The notes under the pieces: generated by a model
Database searches by the model: none
Seen by the model: only the letters and a program-made list of their open reading frames with translations
Told to the model about the DNA's origin: nothing
Origin: a virus
Taxonomy: Duplodnaviria; Caudoviricetes
Reading direction: 5' to 3' (one strand)
Length of the DNA: 59,918 bases
IMG/VR virus record: IMGVR_UViG_3300031825_000013
Coordinates: 1 to 59,918 of that record
Position numbers and translations under genes: made by a program
Shown: piece after piece, positions 1 to 8,485 of the stretch
Layout of the letters: every line of letters starts with the position of its first letter
How positions within the stretch are numbered: the stretch's first letter is position 1

Positions 1-78
1 GCCCGTTGTCGCGGCGTTGGCCCAGTTGCCCGTTGTCGCGGCGTTGGCCCCGTTGCCCGTGGTCGCGGCGTGGGCCCA
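1..78 (+). repeat. Terminal direct repeat, copy 1 (circular-assembly overlap)
   Basis: 1-78 is identical to 59841-59918. Confidence 0.9.
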
Positions 79-282
79 GTTGCCCGTTGTCGCGGCGTTG
101 GCCCCCTCGCCCGTTGTCGCGGCGTTGGCCCCCTCGCCCGTGGTCGCGGCGTTGGCCCCGTTGCCCGTGGTCGCGGCGTGGGCCCTGTAGCCCGTGGTCG
201 CGGCGTTGGCCCCGTTGCCCGTGGTCGCGGCGTTGGCCCTGTAGCCCGTGGTTGCGGCGTGGGCCCTGTAGCCCGTGGTCGC
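1..282 (-). repeat. 27-bp coding tandem repeat, about 10 units here, encoding ATTG-xx-A(N/H)A
   Basis: Unit gcccgt(t/g)gtcgcggcgt(t/g)ggccc-nnnn repeated with period 27; continues at the other end of the window. Confidence 0.95.
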
Positions 283-639
283 CATCGTTTCGTTCGATGC
301 CGCGCAGAGCCCCATCACGAACTTGACCGCGCTCGTGATGATTTCTGGCATGGACAACTCGGCGTTAACCGAAATGCTTGCCCCGGCAAGTTTCGAGTCC
401 TCGCCGTGACGGGCGATTCGGCCACTCACCGACACGGATGCGAAGCGCGACTCTCCAGGCCGGTAGTAATTCCACACGTCCAGCGGGTTCTCGCATGCGT
501 GGAATCCAGAGGAACAGATTTCGACGGGCCCCTTATGCTCGTAGGTCTTGCCGACCTCGAACTGGAAGTCGCGGCACTTGAAGTTTTTGTCGAAGCCCTT
601 GAAGGCGGCGACGGTTTCGGGTTTCTGTTTTGCGCTCAT
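1..639 (-). CDS. 5' part of a 9-aa-repeat phage protein (KGFDKNFKCRDFQFEVGKTY...CSSGFHAC N-terminal domain); continues across the origin
   Basis: Manual translation from ATG at 639 (ATGA overlap with upstream stop) stays open to position 1; absent from the ORF track because it spans the window ends. Confidence 0.85.
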   Translation of the reverse strand, partial: MSAKQKPETVAAFKGFDKNFKCRDFQFEVGKTYEHKGPVEICSSGFHACENPLDVWNYYRPGESRFASVSVSGRIARHGEDSKLAGASISVNAELSMPEIITSAVKFVMGLCAASNETMATTGYRAHAATTGYRANAATTGNGANAATTGYRAHAATTGNGANAATTGEGANAATTGEGANAATTGNWAHAATTGNGANAATTGNWANAATTG

Positions 640-953
640 GGGCCACCTTCGATTCGGGAGAGGAGGGCGCGGGCGGTGTCCGCGTGAACCATCAGCGCCA
701 TTCCGCCGTCGCTATCGCACTCGGAAGAATCGTGGCTCTGCACGATATCTTTGAGCAGCGCAGCCATTTCCGGCGCGGCGGCGATCAGGCGGGCGTCAGG
801 GCCATCCTCGCCCCCGTTGCGGAAAAATAGGTCTGGATGGCCGTCACTTCGCTGCACAACCGGTTCGCACACGGACATCCCGTCCGGAGTGCAAAAGCGC
901 CTCCAGCTACAGCTAGTCCAAAGCTGCCACGGACCAGGCGTCCACTTGCTCAT
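636..953 (-). CDS. Hypothetical phage early protein (TPGPW...DARLIAAAPE type)
   Basis: Common phage motif pair; RBS-like GAGGGG before ATG 953. Confidence 0.7.
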   Translation of the reverse strand: MSKWTPGPWQLWTSCSWRRFCTPDGMSVCEPVVQRSDGHPDLFFRNGGEDGPDARLIAAAPEMAALLKDIVQSHDSSECDSDGGMALMVHADTARALLSRIEGGP

Positions 954-955
954 GG

Positions 956-1369
956 CTACCCCCTCTCGTACATCGGATCGTTTTCGTAAGCGCTGGCGTT
1001 CATTTCGCGCCACCACGTATCCAAGGATTCGCGGAAATTCCATTCGCTGATTGCGCTCGGAATTTCCTTCCTGGTGAACGGGTGTAGGCCGTCATTGTCT
1101 GTGTCCGTCACGGTCGGCCAATTCGCCTGCCGGATCGCAGCCAGCACGCACGCGGGGCACCCATCGGCGGCGTCGATAAGTTTCGCAATGTCGCCAGTCA
1201 GCGCGACGCTCGACAGCGCCGCTACGTCAGGCCCCACGTTCTTGCAGACGCCACAAGCTCTGTGCGGATTGAGCGTGCAGCCGCGCTCATGGCGGATCAT
1301 GTGCGACGGACTCCCGCTGCCCTTCTTGCAGTGATCGCAGTAGTAGCGGGGGCGCATTTTGGTTTTCAT
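956..1369 (-). CDS. Cys/His-rich putative zinc-binding protein
   Basis: CDHC...H..GC...CGVC...CPAC; start uncertain. Confidence 0.6.
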   Translation of the reverse strand: MKTKMRPRYYCDHCKKGSGSPSHMIRHERGCTLNPHRACGVCKNVGPDVAALSSVALTGDIAKLIDAADGCPACVLAAIRQANWPTVTDTDNDGLHPFTRKEIPSAISEWNFRESLDTWWREMNASAYENDPMYERG

Positions 1370-1374
1370 CCGCG

Positions 1375-1632
1375 CTACCCTTTCTCGCAAGTCGGACACA
1401 TCGATCGATACCCGCGCGCCCCGCATCCCCGGCACCGGCAGTCGTCCGCGATCCGTGCGCCCGCGTTCCACTGCTGCGCCTCGCGCGTGAGGCCGAGTTC
1501 GTCGTCGGTCGGGAGCGGCTTCTGTTCCGCGATGTGCCCGTCGAACTCCGCTTCTCGCCGCGCGATCTCCTCGCGCTCTGCGGCTACGGTGGCGGCTTGG
1601 ACCTTCAAACCTTCTGCGATGAGATTCATCAT
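1375..1632 (-). CDS. Hypothetical protein, first gene of the leftward early operon
   Basis: ORF with C-terminal CxxC motifs downstream of the PL-like promoter. Confidence 0.5.
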   Translation of the reverse strand: MMNLIAEGLKVQAATVAAEREEIARREAEFDGHIAEQKPLPTDDELGLTREAQQWNAGARIADDCRCRGCGARGYRSMCPTCEKG

Positions 1633-1766
1633 TCCCCCGGTTGACTTCGCCTCCCGCTCGACTCGCGGATCGGCTACCTACCGGCCTTCGCTCTTGAACC
1701 GCCCGCTGCACCTGGGAGCCGTCCCTTGCGGGATTCCCGGGCCGCGTTCGCGGAGTAGGTGAGGGG

Positions 1767-1808
1767 ATCATGAACCCGTAATAGGGTCTTGTCAACCCTA
1801 AATAGGGT
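1767..1808 (-). promoter_or_regulatory. PL-like promoter overlapped by two operators
   Basis: Minus strand TTGACA (1790-1795), 17 bp, CATGAT (1767-1772); ACCC-GTAATA-GGGT at 1774-1787 and ACCC-TAAATA-GGGT at 1795-1808. Confidence 0.75.
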
Positions 1809-1817
1809 TCGCATCGG

Positions 1818-1843
1818 CAAAAAAAAATCCCCAGGGAGGGGGA
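1818..1843 (-). terminator. Putative intrinsic terminator after the repressor operon
   Basis: Minus strand TCCCC-loop-GGGGA followed by a long T run. Confidence 0.5.
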
Positions 1844-1846
1844 GGG

Positions 1847-2176
1847 CTACTTTTCAGGCCCTCGAAAGGTTCTCACTAGATCCAGGGCCTCTTTTAATCT
1901 TGCGCCACTCTCTGAATCGATTGCCTGAAACTGTCGCAACACGTTCAACCACACCTCTCGTTTGCAAAAAAACGAGACCGGATCACCGCCCCTATAAACG
2001 ACCACAATAAACACATTGCCGTTATCCGCGAACTTATCGATAGACTCTTGAGAGATTTCCTTTCCAGCGCGCCATTGCATCCTCTTGTACCCGAAATTCG
2101 GGTTTAGGACATGCGCTGTTACGGACTCGTTGGGCCGGCCGTTCTTCCCACCAAAGAGCGCTTTCCATAAGCCCAT
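1847..2176 (-). CDS. Hypothetical protein downstream of the repressor (immunity-region accessory gene)
   Basis: ORF MGLWKALFGG..., visibly lower GC, position analogous to lambda rex. Confidence 0.6.
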   Translation of the reverse strand: MGLWKALFGGKNGRPNESVTAHVLNPNFGYKRMQWRAGKEISQESIDKFADNGNVFIVVVYRGGDPVSFFCKREVWLNVLRQFQAIDSESGARLKEALDLVRTFRGPEK

Positions 2177-2183
2177 TGTGTCT

Positions 2184-2573
2184 CTATGCCTTTGTTGGAA
2201 TCGTGAGCGGAGTGCGCTCGATTGTTTCTGGGGGCGCCGCGCTCCCAGCTTTCTTCCATTGTCGATAAAGGCGCTCCTCCGCTTTAGTGGCGCCGTGGAC
2301 GACCTGTTCGTTTCCAACGTCTAGGTCAGGAATGAGTAGTTGGTACGTCGATAATTGAAAGACTGCGGCGAGCGCCTCCAGTTGGTCAACAGAGGTTCCA
2401 ATCTCCGGCTTCAATATTCTCTGGATCTGCGACAAGGACATCCCGGACGCTGTGGCCAGCGCCTTTGGTTGATTGCGGCTCTCTTTGAAATGTCGCTCCA
2501 TTAGGCGCCTGGTATTCGCTGCGACGATAAATCGCATGAAGCCAGGAGTCTTGGATTTCCTTCGCTTTTTCAT
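2184..2573 (-). CDS. CI-like XRE-family HTH repressor
   Basis: HTH segment NQPKALATASGMSLSQIQRILKPEIGTSVDQLEALAAVF; divergent from a Cro-like gene. Confidence 0.8.
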   Translation of the reverse strand: MKKRRKSKTPGFMRFIVAANTRRLMERHFKESRNQPKALATASGMSLSQIQRILKPEIGTSVDQLEALAAVFQLSTYQLLIPDLDVGNEQVVHGATKAEERLYRQWKKAGSAAPPETIERTPLTIPTKA

Positions 2574-2598
2574 GTAGTTAATCGTACTCTGCGCTCCG

Positions 2599-2640
2599 AC
2601 CCTAAACCGGGTTGCGAAAACCCTAAACAGGGTGTATCGT
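2599..2640 (+). promoter_or_regulatory. PR-like promoter overlapped by two operators
   Basis: TTGCGA (2612-2617), 17 bp, TATCGT (2635-2640); ACCC-TAAACC-GGGT at 2599-2612 and ACCC-TAAACA-GGGT at 2620-2633. Confidence 0.75.
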
Positions 2641-2648
2641 GCGCAGTC

Positions 2649-2861
2649 ATGGCTACACCAATTTACGACTATGTCCTCGCCAAGCTTGAGGAAACCAAGG
2701 GTCAGTGGCCCAAGGTCGCCGACGAATCAGGCGTCAACAAGCGCACATTGGAAAAGATCGCCCGCAGGGAAATCGAAGATCCGGGTGTGAGCTTCATCCA
2801 GCGACTCTTCGATTACTTCCAGAAGATCGAGCAACGCAAGAGCGCCAAGCGGGCCGCCTGA
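2649..2861 (+). CDS. Cro-like HTH regulator
   Basis: 70 aa, WPKVADESGVNKRTLEKIARREIEDPGVSFIQRL; divergent from the CI-like gene. Confidence 0.8.
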   Translation: MATPIYDYVLAKLEETKGQWPKVADESGVNKRTLEKIARREIEDPGVSFIQRLFDYFQKIEQRKSAKRAA

Positions 2862-2862
2862 C

Positions 2863-3180
2863 ATGCGGCGCTCTCGCCAGCCAGTACCGGACGATTCGCG
2901 CCTCGCGGAAGCTGCGGGCCAGGCGGAAGAAGCGCCATGTCTGTCTCGCCCCTCGGAGGCGAGCCCCTTTGGCAAAGCAGACGCGAGGCTCGACATCCCG
3001 TGCGCGCTTCCCTTCAAAGAGCTTCTGCGCCAACTGGCGAGCCTTGAGGGCTTGACCGAGGCGGCATACGCGAGGCGTGTGCTTGAGGTTCATGTGGTCG
3101 TTGAGCGTGAGCGTCTTACCCGCATGGTCGAGCACCTGGGCGGGGCCGTCACTTGGAAGAACCTCCCGACCCATGAGTAA
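2863..3180 (+). CDS. Hypothetical regulator at the CII position
   Basis: Position after cro only. Confidence 0.45.
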   Translation: MRRSRQPVPDDSRLAEAAGQAEEAPCLSRPSEASPFGKADARLDIPCALPFKELLRQLASLEGLTEAAYARRVLEVHVVVERERLTRMVEHLGGAVTWKNLPTHE

Positions 3181-3694
3181 GAGCGCATCCACAGTCTCCT
3201 CCCCCGCGCCGTCCGTGAAGAGCGTGCGCGGGCCTGCCGGCCGCCCATCAGAGCGGTCGGCTTTTTCTTACCCCTCGGTCATCGCGTTTACCGTCCCGAT
3301 CAGGCCGATCGGCAAGGAGCGCCCGAGGTTCGGGAATGGGCACGTCTACACGCCGCTCAAGACGGTCACGGCCGAACGGGCTATCGGTCTGCACGCGAAC
3401 GTAGCCATGAAGGGCATGAAGCCCACTGAGGGCCCCGTGGTGCTCACGGTGCATGCCTTCCTGCCCATCCCCGCGTCGTGGCCCAAGAAAGCCCGAGAAG
3501 CCGCCAGGGAAGGGCACATCTACCCGACAGGGAAGCCCGACGCCTCGAACGTGCTCAAGCTGGTCGAGGACGCCTTGAACGAGATCGTGTGGATCGACGA
3601 CTCCCAAGTCGTCTCCGCCGCCGTCCACAAGCACTACGGCGAGCCGCACCTCGGGATCACCGTGGCCGCGGCGCGGGATGGAGCGGCGCTCTAA
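3173..3694 (+). CDS. rusA: RusA-family Holliday junction resolvase
   Basis: GKERPRF, KPDASNVLKLVEDALNEIVWIDDSQV signature. Confidence 0.9.
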   Translation: MSKSASTVSSPAPSVKSVRGPAGRPSERSAFSYPSVIAFTVPIRPIGKERPRFGNGHVYTPLKTVTAERAIGLHANVAMKGMKPTEGPVVLTVHAFLPIPASWPKKAREAAREGHIYPTGKPDASNVLKLVEDALNEIVWIDDSQVVSAAVHKHYGEPHLGITVAAARDGAAL

Positions 3695-4542
3695 TGGCCA
3701 GAATTCGCACCATCAAGCCCGAGTTCCCGCAGTCCGAAAGCATGGGACGGATAAGCCGCGACGCTCGCCTGACGTTCGTCCTTTCGTGGACGATGGCCGA
3801 TGATTCGGGGAGGCTTCGCGGAAATTCGCGAATGCTCGCGAGCCTTCTTTTCCCCTACGACAACGACGCTCCAGGACTCATCGACGGGTGGCTGGCCGAA
3901 CTCGAGCATGAAGGGTGCATAGACCGTTATTCGGTCGATGGCCAGTCTTACGTCCAGATTCGTAACTGGTTGAATCATCAGAAGATCGATAAGCCCTCCG
4001 CGTCGAAACTTCCTGAATTCAACGAATCCTCGCGAATCCTCGCGAAGCCTCTCGATCATTCGTCGGAGGATCAAGGATCAAGGACCAAGGACCAAGGACC
4101 TAAACCCATTGCCGAGCTGCCGCTCGGCCCCCCGCCGACAGCGGCGGTTCCGCGAGGAACGTCGCGCTTCGCTGCGTTCTGGGCTGCATGGCCCAAGAGC
4201 CCGCGCAAGGTGGACAAGTCCGATTGCTCGAAGAAGTGGGCCCGATCCAATCTCGACGCAATCGCAGACAGGATCATCGCGCACGTCGAAGCGATGAAGC
4301 TGAGCCAGCCGTGGCTCGATGGATTTGAGCCGGCCCCGATGACCTACCTCAACGGGAGTCGTTGGGAGGACCCAATCCCCGACAAGCCCACGAAGTCCGG
4401 TGGCACCGACCTGTGGTGGACGAGCGATGCCGGGATTCAGCGCAAGGGCTCCGAGGTTGGGCTACCCGCGCGGCCTGGCGAAACGAGTTCCAGTTACCGC
4501 GACCGGATCAAGGTCGCGCTCGATCAAACGAGGGCCGCATGA
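3694..4542 (+). CDS. Phage replication initiation protein
   Basis: MARIRTIKPEF...ADDSGR...LFPYD N-terminus, HQKIDKP, FAAFWAAWPK and P.TYLNG.RWED motifs. Confidence 0.8.
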   Translation: MARIRTIKPEFPQSESMGRISRDARLTFVLSWTMADDSGRLRGNSRMLASLLFPYDNDAPGLIDGWLAELEHEGCIDRYSVDGQSYVQIRNWLNHQKIDKPSASKLPEFNESSRILAKPLDHSSEDQGSRTKDQGPKPIAELPLGPPPTAAVPRGTSRFAAFWAAWPKSPRKVDKSDCSKKWARSNLDAIADRIIAHVEAMKLSQPWLDGFEPAPMTYLNGSRWEDPIPDKPTKSGGTDLWWTSDAGIQRKGSEVGLPARPGETSSSYRDRIKVALDQTRAA

Positions 4543-4856
4543 ACTGCAAACAAGGCGATCTGGCGATCGTGGTGCATTCGGAGAGCGGGCTAAACGCCGG
4601 GAAGATTGTTCGCTGCGTTCGGTGGGTCGGCACATTGGAGACAAACCCCGCAACCGGGTTTGCGTGGACCCCGGGGGCATGTCACGACTTTTGGGAAATC
4701 GACCCTCCGTTGCTCACTAATCAGCTGCGCAACGGGAAGGTGGTAGCGAAGAATGATCCATTGCCTGTCGTACTCGATTCCTGCCTCCGTCCCATTCGTG
4801 GTGATCTCCTCGACGAAGAAACCGAGCGCGAGTTTGAGCGCGTGGTGTCCGCATGA
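4539..4856 (+). CDS. Hypothetical phage protein (MNCKQGDLAIVV...LRPIRG type)
   Basis: ATGA-coupled ORF. Confidence 0.7.
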   Translation: MNCKQGDLAIVVHSESGLNAGKIVRCVRWVGTLETNPATGFAWTPGACHDFWEIDPPLLTNQLRNGKVVAKNDPLPVVLDSCLRPIRGDLLDEETEREFERVVSA

Positions 4857-5185
4857 TCCTCGCTGCCGAACTTCTCGGAGTCCGTCCGGCGGGCCTGATC
4901 CGCGCGGGTAAGCGCCTGGTCGTGCTCTCCGGGCTGCTGGCCGATGAAGTGAAGATCCAGAAGGCGAGGGTGCGAGAGAAGAACCTCAAGTATCGCGCGA
5001 AGATCGCCGCTGATGCTGCCAAGCGCGAGGCTCGGTTGGCCTACATGCGCGAGTGGAGCAAGGCGAACCGCGAGAAGCGCAAAGCCTATCGCGCAAAGTG
5101 GATCGCGCAGAACCGCGAATGGAACCGAAAGTATCAACGCGAATGGGCGCAGCGCAAGCGTGCTCAGAAGGCGGGGGTCGAATGA
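4853..5185 (+). CDS. Basic helical hypothetical protein
   Basis: Coupled ORF with Y/W-R-E-W repeats. Confidence 0.6.
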   Translation: MILAAELLGVRPAGLIRAGKRLVVLSGLLADEVKIQKARVREKNLKYRAKIAADAAKREARLAYMREWSKANREKRKAYRAKWIAQNREWNRKYQREWAQRKRAQKAGVE

Positions 5186-5709
5186 ACCGTCGAGGCTTCC
5201 TTCGTGGCGTGGGTGCCTTGGCCGTCGCTGCGCCTGTAGCACCAGCCGCGCTTAGTGCCGCCGTGAATGTCGGACAGGGTGCGGGGAGCGTCTTGGGTGG
5301 CGGGTGGGTCGGTGGGGCCATAGCCGGCGACGGGGCGATGGTTTCTCGAACGGTGTGTATTCCGGCCACTGGTCTCGCTGCGCTTACTTACGCCGCTCAT
5401 AACCGCGTTGAGCGTTCAAGTGCAGCAAGACTGGCGTGGTACGAGGTTTATCGCTCACATCGGATCGCAGCAAGGCGCGGAAATTCGCCGCGCGAGCCCG
5501 CAAGGTTGGTGTGGCTGCGGCACGAGCTGAAACTCAAGAGGCGAGAGGAAGCCAATCGCAATAGCCGTGGAAATTGCTCCACCGTGAACCCCTCTCGCAC
5601 GCAATTCGGCGCTCGTTCAAAACGCTTCGCGTGGCATCGCGTTCGTGCCCGTCAAAAGGCCGCGATGCGCCGCATGGGATTCGACAAGATGCCGTGGGAG
5701 CTTTACTGA
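5182..5709 (+). CDS. Hypothetical protein with twin-arginine-like N-terminus
   Basis: MNRRGFLRGVGALAVAA; coupled ORF. Confidence 0.55.
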   Translation: MNRRGFLRGVGALAVAAPVAPAALSAAVNVGQGAGSVLGGGWVGGAIAGDGAMVSRTVCIPATGLAALTYAAHNRVERSSAARLAWYEVYRSHRIAARRGNSPREPARLVWLRHELKLKRREEANRNSRGNCSTVNPSRTQFGARSKRFAWHRVRARQKAAMRRMGFDKMPWELY

Positions 5710-6047
5710 TGCAGCAAGTGACGATTTTCGAGGCTATCGCCGAGCGCGAGGTCGCTTTCGAGAGGATCGAGAAGGCAGACCCCAAGGCCGTGTTCGCTAC
5801 CGCCTTCGACGCCTTCCTGCTGGACTACTGTCTGACGCACAGGGGCCAGGAAGCCACAGGCGAGGATCTGACGGACCGCTACCTCGAGCGCGGGCTGCCG
5901 ATGCCTGGAGACCTTCGGTGGGTGGGGCCTCGCGTGCAAGCCGCGGCGCGGCGTGGAGCGCTTGAGGACACCGGCAGGCGGGCTCCGCGTCGTCGTGGTC
6001 ACGGAAGCGCGGGAGCGATCGTGTGGCGCTGCGTGGGGGCTCGATGA
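5709..6047 (+). CDS. Hypothetical protein
   Basis: Coupled ORF. Confidence 0.6.
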   Translation: MQQVTIFEAIAEREVAFERIEKADPKAVFATAFDAFLLDYCLTHRGQEATGEDLTDRYLERGLPMPGDLRWVGPRVQAAARRGALEDTGRRAPRRRGHGSAGAIVWRCVGAR

Positions 6048-6292
6048 AGTCCCCCATGTTCTCGCACATTGCCCTGCGAACCTGGGAGCCGCACCCATCG
6101 GTATCGAGAGCGTGGGGGCTGCACCAAGACGCGGTGGTGATGTCCTTCACGAGAGCCGGAGAGACGGAGCCGCGGATTGTCGTGCTTCCGAACGAGCGGC
6201 TTCAAGAGGCGTTTGCGAGGTCGTGCCGGGAGTTCGGAGACCCCTCAGCCCCGGCGTTCCCAAGCGATGCGATGCTCAAGAGGAGGGGGTAA
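6044..6292 (+). CDS. Hypothetical protein
   Basis: Coupled ORF. Confidence 0.5.
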   Translation: MKSPMFSHIALRTWEPHPSVSRAWGLHQDAVVMSFTRAGETEPRIVVLPNERLQEAFARSCREFGDPSAPAFPSDAMLKRRG

Positions 6293-6543
6293 TGGCCCGT
6301 CACGCAGGTAGCGTCAACATCAACCTTGGCCGCGTGAAGTTGAGGGGCCGTCCGGTATCAGACAAGCCGTTGAAGGTTCCAGATTGCCGTGTGTGTGCGC
6401 ACCTGGACACCTCGAAAGTGGGTGAAGCGCGGTGCGGGAACGGGCGGATTCTCGATGCCGTCAACTGTGTGGATTTCGACGACACCTCCCGCGATCGCTT
6501 CATGCTCGGCGGAATTTCTGGATGGATGTACACACAACGATGA
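6292..6543 (+). CDS. Small Cys-rich hypothetical protein
   Basis: CRVC...C...C; GGAGG RBS. Confidence 0.55.
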   Translation: MARHAGSVNINLGRVKLRGRPVSDKPLKVPDCRVCAHLDTSKVGEARCGNGRILDAVNCVDFDDTSRDRFMLGGISGWMYTQR

Positions 6544-7148
6544 TCGAACTGCGTAATGGAGAGCTGCTTGCTCCAGTGAATGGGTGGGAGGGGGTCTATT
6601 CGGTCACGAACTTAGGTCGCGTACTTTCTCATGAGCGATCGCGGCGAGGAATCAACGGTGCCCGCTGTCATCATCGCGCCAAGTGGCTTTCTCTTATTCC
6701 AAATGCGGATGGATATTTGCAGGTAGGGCTTTCCAGAAACGGAAGGAAGGCGAATGTTGGGGTTGCGCGGCTTGTCGCTGGAGCATTCGTCCCCAACCCT
6801 ATGGGATTGCCGCAAGTAAATCACATCGACGGCGTGCGGGACAACAACGTTGCTTCCAATCTTGAGTGGGTAACTCACTCCGGCAATGTTCAACATGCTT
6901 GGGATACTGGGCTGCACGGGGACAAGACGCGCCGGGCGCTTATGGTCAGCATCAAGAAGGCACAGGAGGCTTGCCGCAGTCTATCTCACGAGCAAGTCCG
7001 AAAGATTCGGCTGCGGCGTTGCGCAGGCGAGCTTCTTCGCACTATTGCCATTGATTACGGGTTGAGCGTGAACGCAATCAGCAATGTTGTGCGACGAGTC
7101 ACTTACGCAGATGTGCAGGACGCGCCAGTTCAAGGGCCGCCGCAATGA
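6540..7148 (+). CDS. NUMOD4-domain HNH homing endonuclease
   Basis: GWEGVYSVTNLGRV (NUMOD4), VARLVAGAFVPNP, VNHIDGVRDNNVASNLEWVTHSGN. Confidence 0.9.
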   Translation: MIELRNGELLAPVNGWEGVYSVTNLGRVLSHERSRRGINGARCHHRAKWLSLIPNADGYLQVGLSRNGRKANVGVARLVAGAFVPNPMGLPQVNHIDGVRDNNVASNLEWVTHSGNVQHAWDTGLHGDKTRRALMVSIKKAQEACRSLSHEQVRKIRLRRCAGELLRTIAIDYGLSVNAISNVVRRVTYADVQDAPVQGPPQ

Positions 7149-7621
7149 TGCGCGATGCGTACACAGGCGAGGCGCAATTCCTCGCGTGGGGCGACGGACC
7201 TTCGGGCCCGTGGGTGAAGATCCTGCTGCCTGACTCTGACGACCTGGGGCCGTTCCGTGGCATGACAGCGGCGAAAAAGCAGATGGCGGGACAGCTTCTC
7301 GCGGTGAAGATCGTCGAGGTTGAGCCCGAGCCCGAGAAGCGGTCCCCCGAGCCCACCGAGCCCGCGCACGCGAAGCTCGGCCCCCTCGCGTTGCTGGCGG
7401 TCCAGTGGGCCCGTGATCCGAAGTTCCAAGCATGGGCCGGGAGCCAGTTCCCCGCGCAGCTCCCTCCGCGCCCGCTGACCCAGGAGGAGTGCCGGATGCT
7501 GGTCTTGGACACCTGCCGCATCGGTTCCCGGCGCGAGCTGGATGTCGTTCCGAGCGCGGGCGAAATCTTCAAGCGCGAGATTCGTGGGCCCTTTATGGCC
7601 TACCTAGAGGGGGAATCGTGA
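7145..7621 (+). CDS. Hypothetical phage protein
   Basis: Coupled ORF, DPKFQAW...CRIGSRRELD. Confidence 0.65.
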   Translation: MMRDAYTGEAQFLAWGDGPSGPWVKILLPDSDDLGPFRGMTAAKKQMAGQLLAVKIVEVEPEPEKRSPEPTEPAHAKLGPLALLAVQWARDPKFQAWAGSQFPAQLPPRPLTQEECRMLVLDTCRIGSRRELDVVPSAGEIFKREIRGPFMAYLEGES

Positions 7622-7971
7622 CCGCCGAGATTCAGCGCCACTGGGGCCGCGTGATCGCGCTCGGGTGCATTGTCACCGGAGCCAAGCACGGAATTACGAT
7701 CCACCACCCCCATGGGGGTTCGATGAAAACGCGCGGGGTGCATCGTTCCTTCGGGCGCAAGACGAGCGACTGGCTGGTAATCCCGCTGCACGAGAGCATC
7801 CACACGGGGCCGGGTGGGATCGATGGATTCCCCCGTCCGTCTGTCGCGGAGTGGGAATCGAGGTTCGGCCGGCAGGCTGACATGGTGGATGCGGTGTGCG
7901 AGCGGCTGGGCCTGGATCTGTGGGCGCTGGCTTTTGCGGAGTTCAAACCTGTGCCGAGGAGGGTGGCGTGA
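7618..7971 (+). CDS. Ref/DUF968-like HNH-type nuclease
   Basis: LGCIVTG...IHHP...GRKTSDWLVIPLH..IHTG...WESRFG. Confidence 0.65.
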   Translation: MTAEIQRHWGRVIALGCIVTGAKHGITIHHPHGGSMKTRGVHRSFGRKTSDWLVIPLHESIHTGPGGIDGFPRPSVAEWESRFGRQADMVDAVCERLGLDLWALAFAEFKPVPRRVA

Positions 7972-8122
7972 TGCGCTTTCGCCTGATCTGCGACGTGTGC
8001 TGCTACACGAGCCTTTACCTACTGCCGACGATCGTTGTTGGTGCAGCCGCCGGTGGAGGAGGGTGGGTATACCTGCTGTGGTTTCGTGGACGCCTCGGCC
8101 TCTCGTGGGCGCGGAGGGGTGC

Positions 8123-8398
8123 ATGACTGCCAGGGTCTATGCCCAATCCGGGGCGCGGACTCACCGACGTGACTGTATGTGGGCGAGGGCATGGGCTTAT
8201 GCGTTCGCGGTATGCGAGGAAGATCCGCGAGAGGCCGCCATCCTCGTCGGCCTAGCGGTTGATTCTCTGCGCTGGAAGCGCCAGTCAGGCCGGTGGCTTA
8301 CTCGCGCTCAGTGCGGGGACCTTCAGCGTGCCGCTGAAAGTGGATGGGTGGACGGACAGCTCAAACTATTTGAGGCGGCTCAACGCCGGGAGCCGTGA
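8123..8398 (+). CDS. Hypothetical protein
   Basis: ORF with GGAGG RBS. Confidence 0.5.
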   Translation: MTARVYAQSGARTHRRDCMWARAWAYAFAVCEEDPREAAILVGLAVDSLRWKRQSGRWLTRAQCGDLQRAAESGWVDGQLKLFEAAQRREP

Positions 8399-8485
8399 TG
8401 ACCGACTACGCCGCCCATCGGTTGATCCTCGCGTGGGCCTATGCCTCGCATCGAATCACGGGAGCCGAGTACGGCTCTCTGATGC

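Noticed and set aside
1-282. CRISPR array at the window ends
   Set aside because: Units are contiguous 27-mers with no unique spacers, keep a reading frame, and no cas genes are present
6-687. Plus-strand ORFs 6..326 and 70..687
   Set aside because: Shadow frames of the minus-strand repeat gene, which has a recognisable domain and a coupled start
1688-1698. boxA-like CGCTCTTGAAC
   Set aside because: It is on the strand opposite to the leftward transcript and no boxB or N gene is evident
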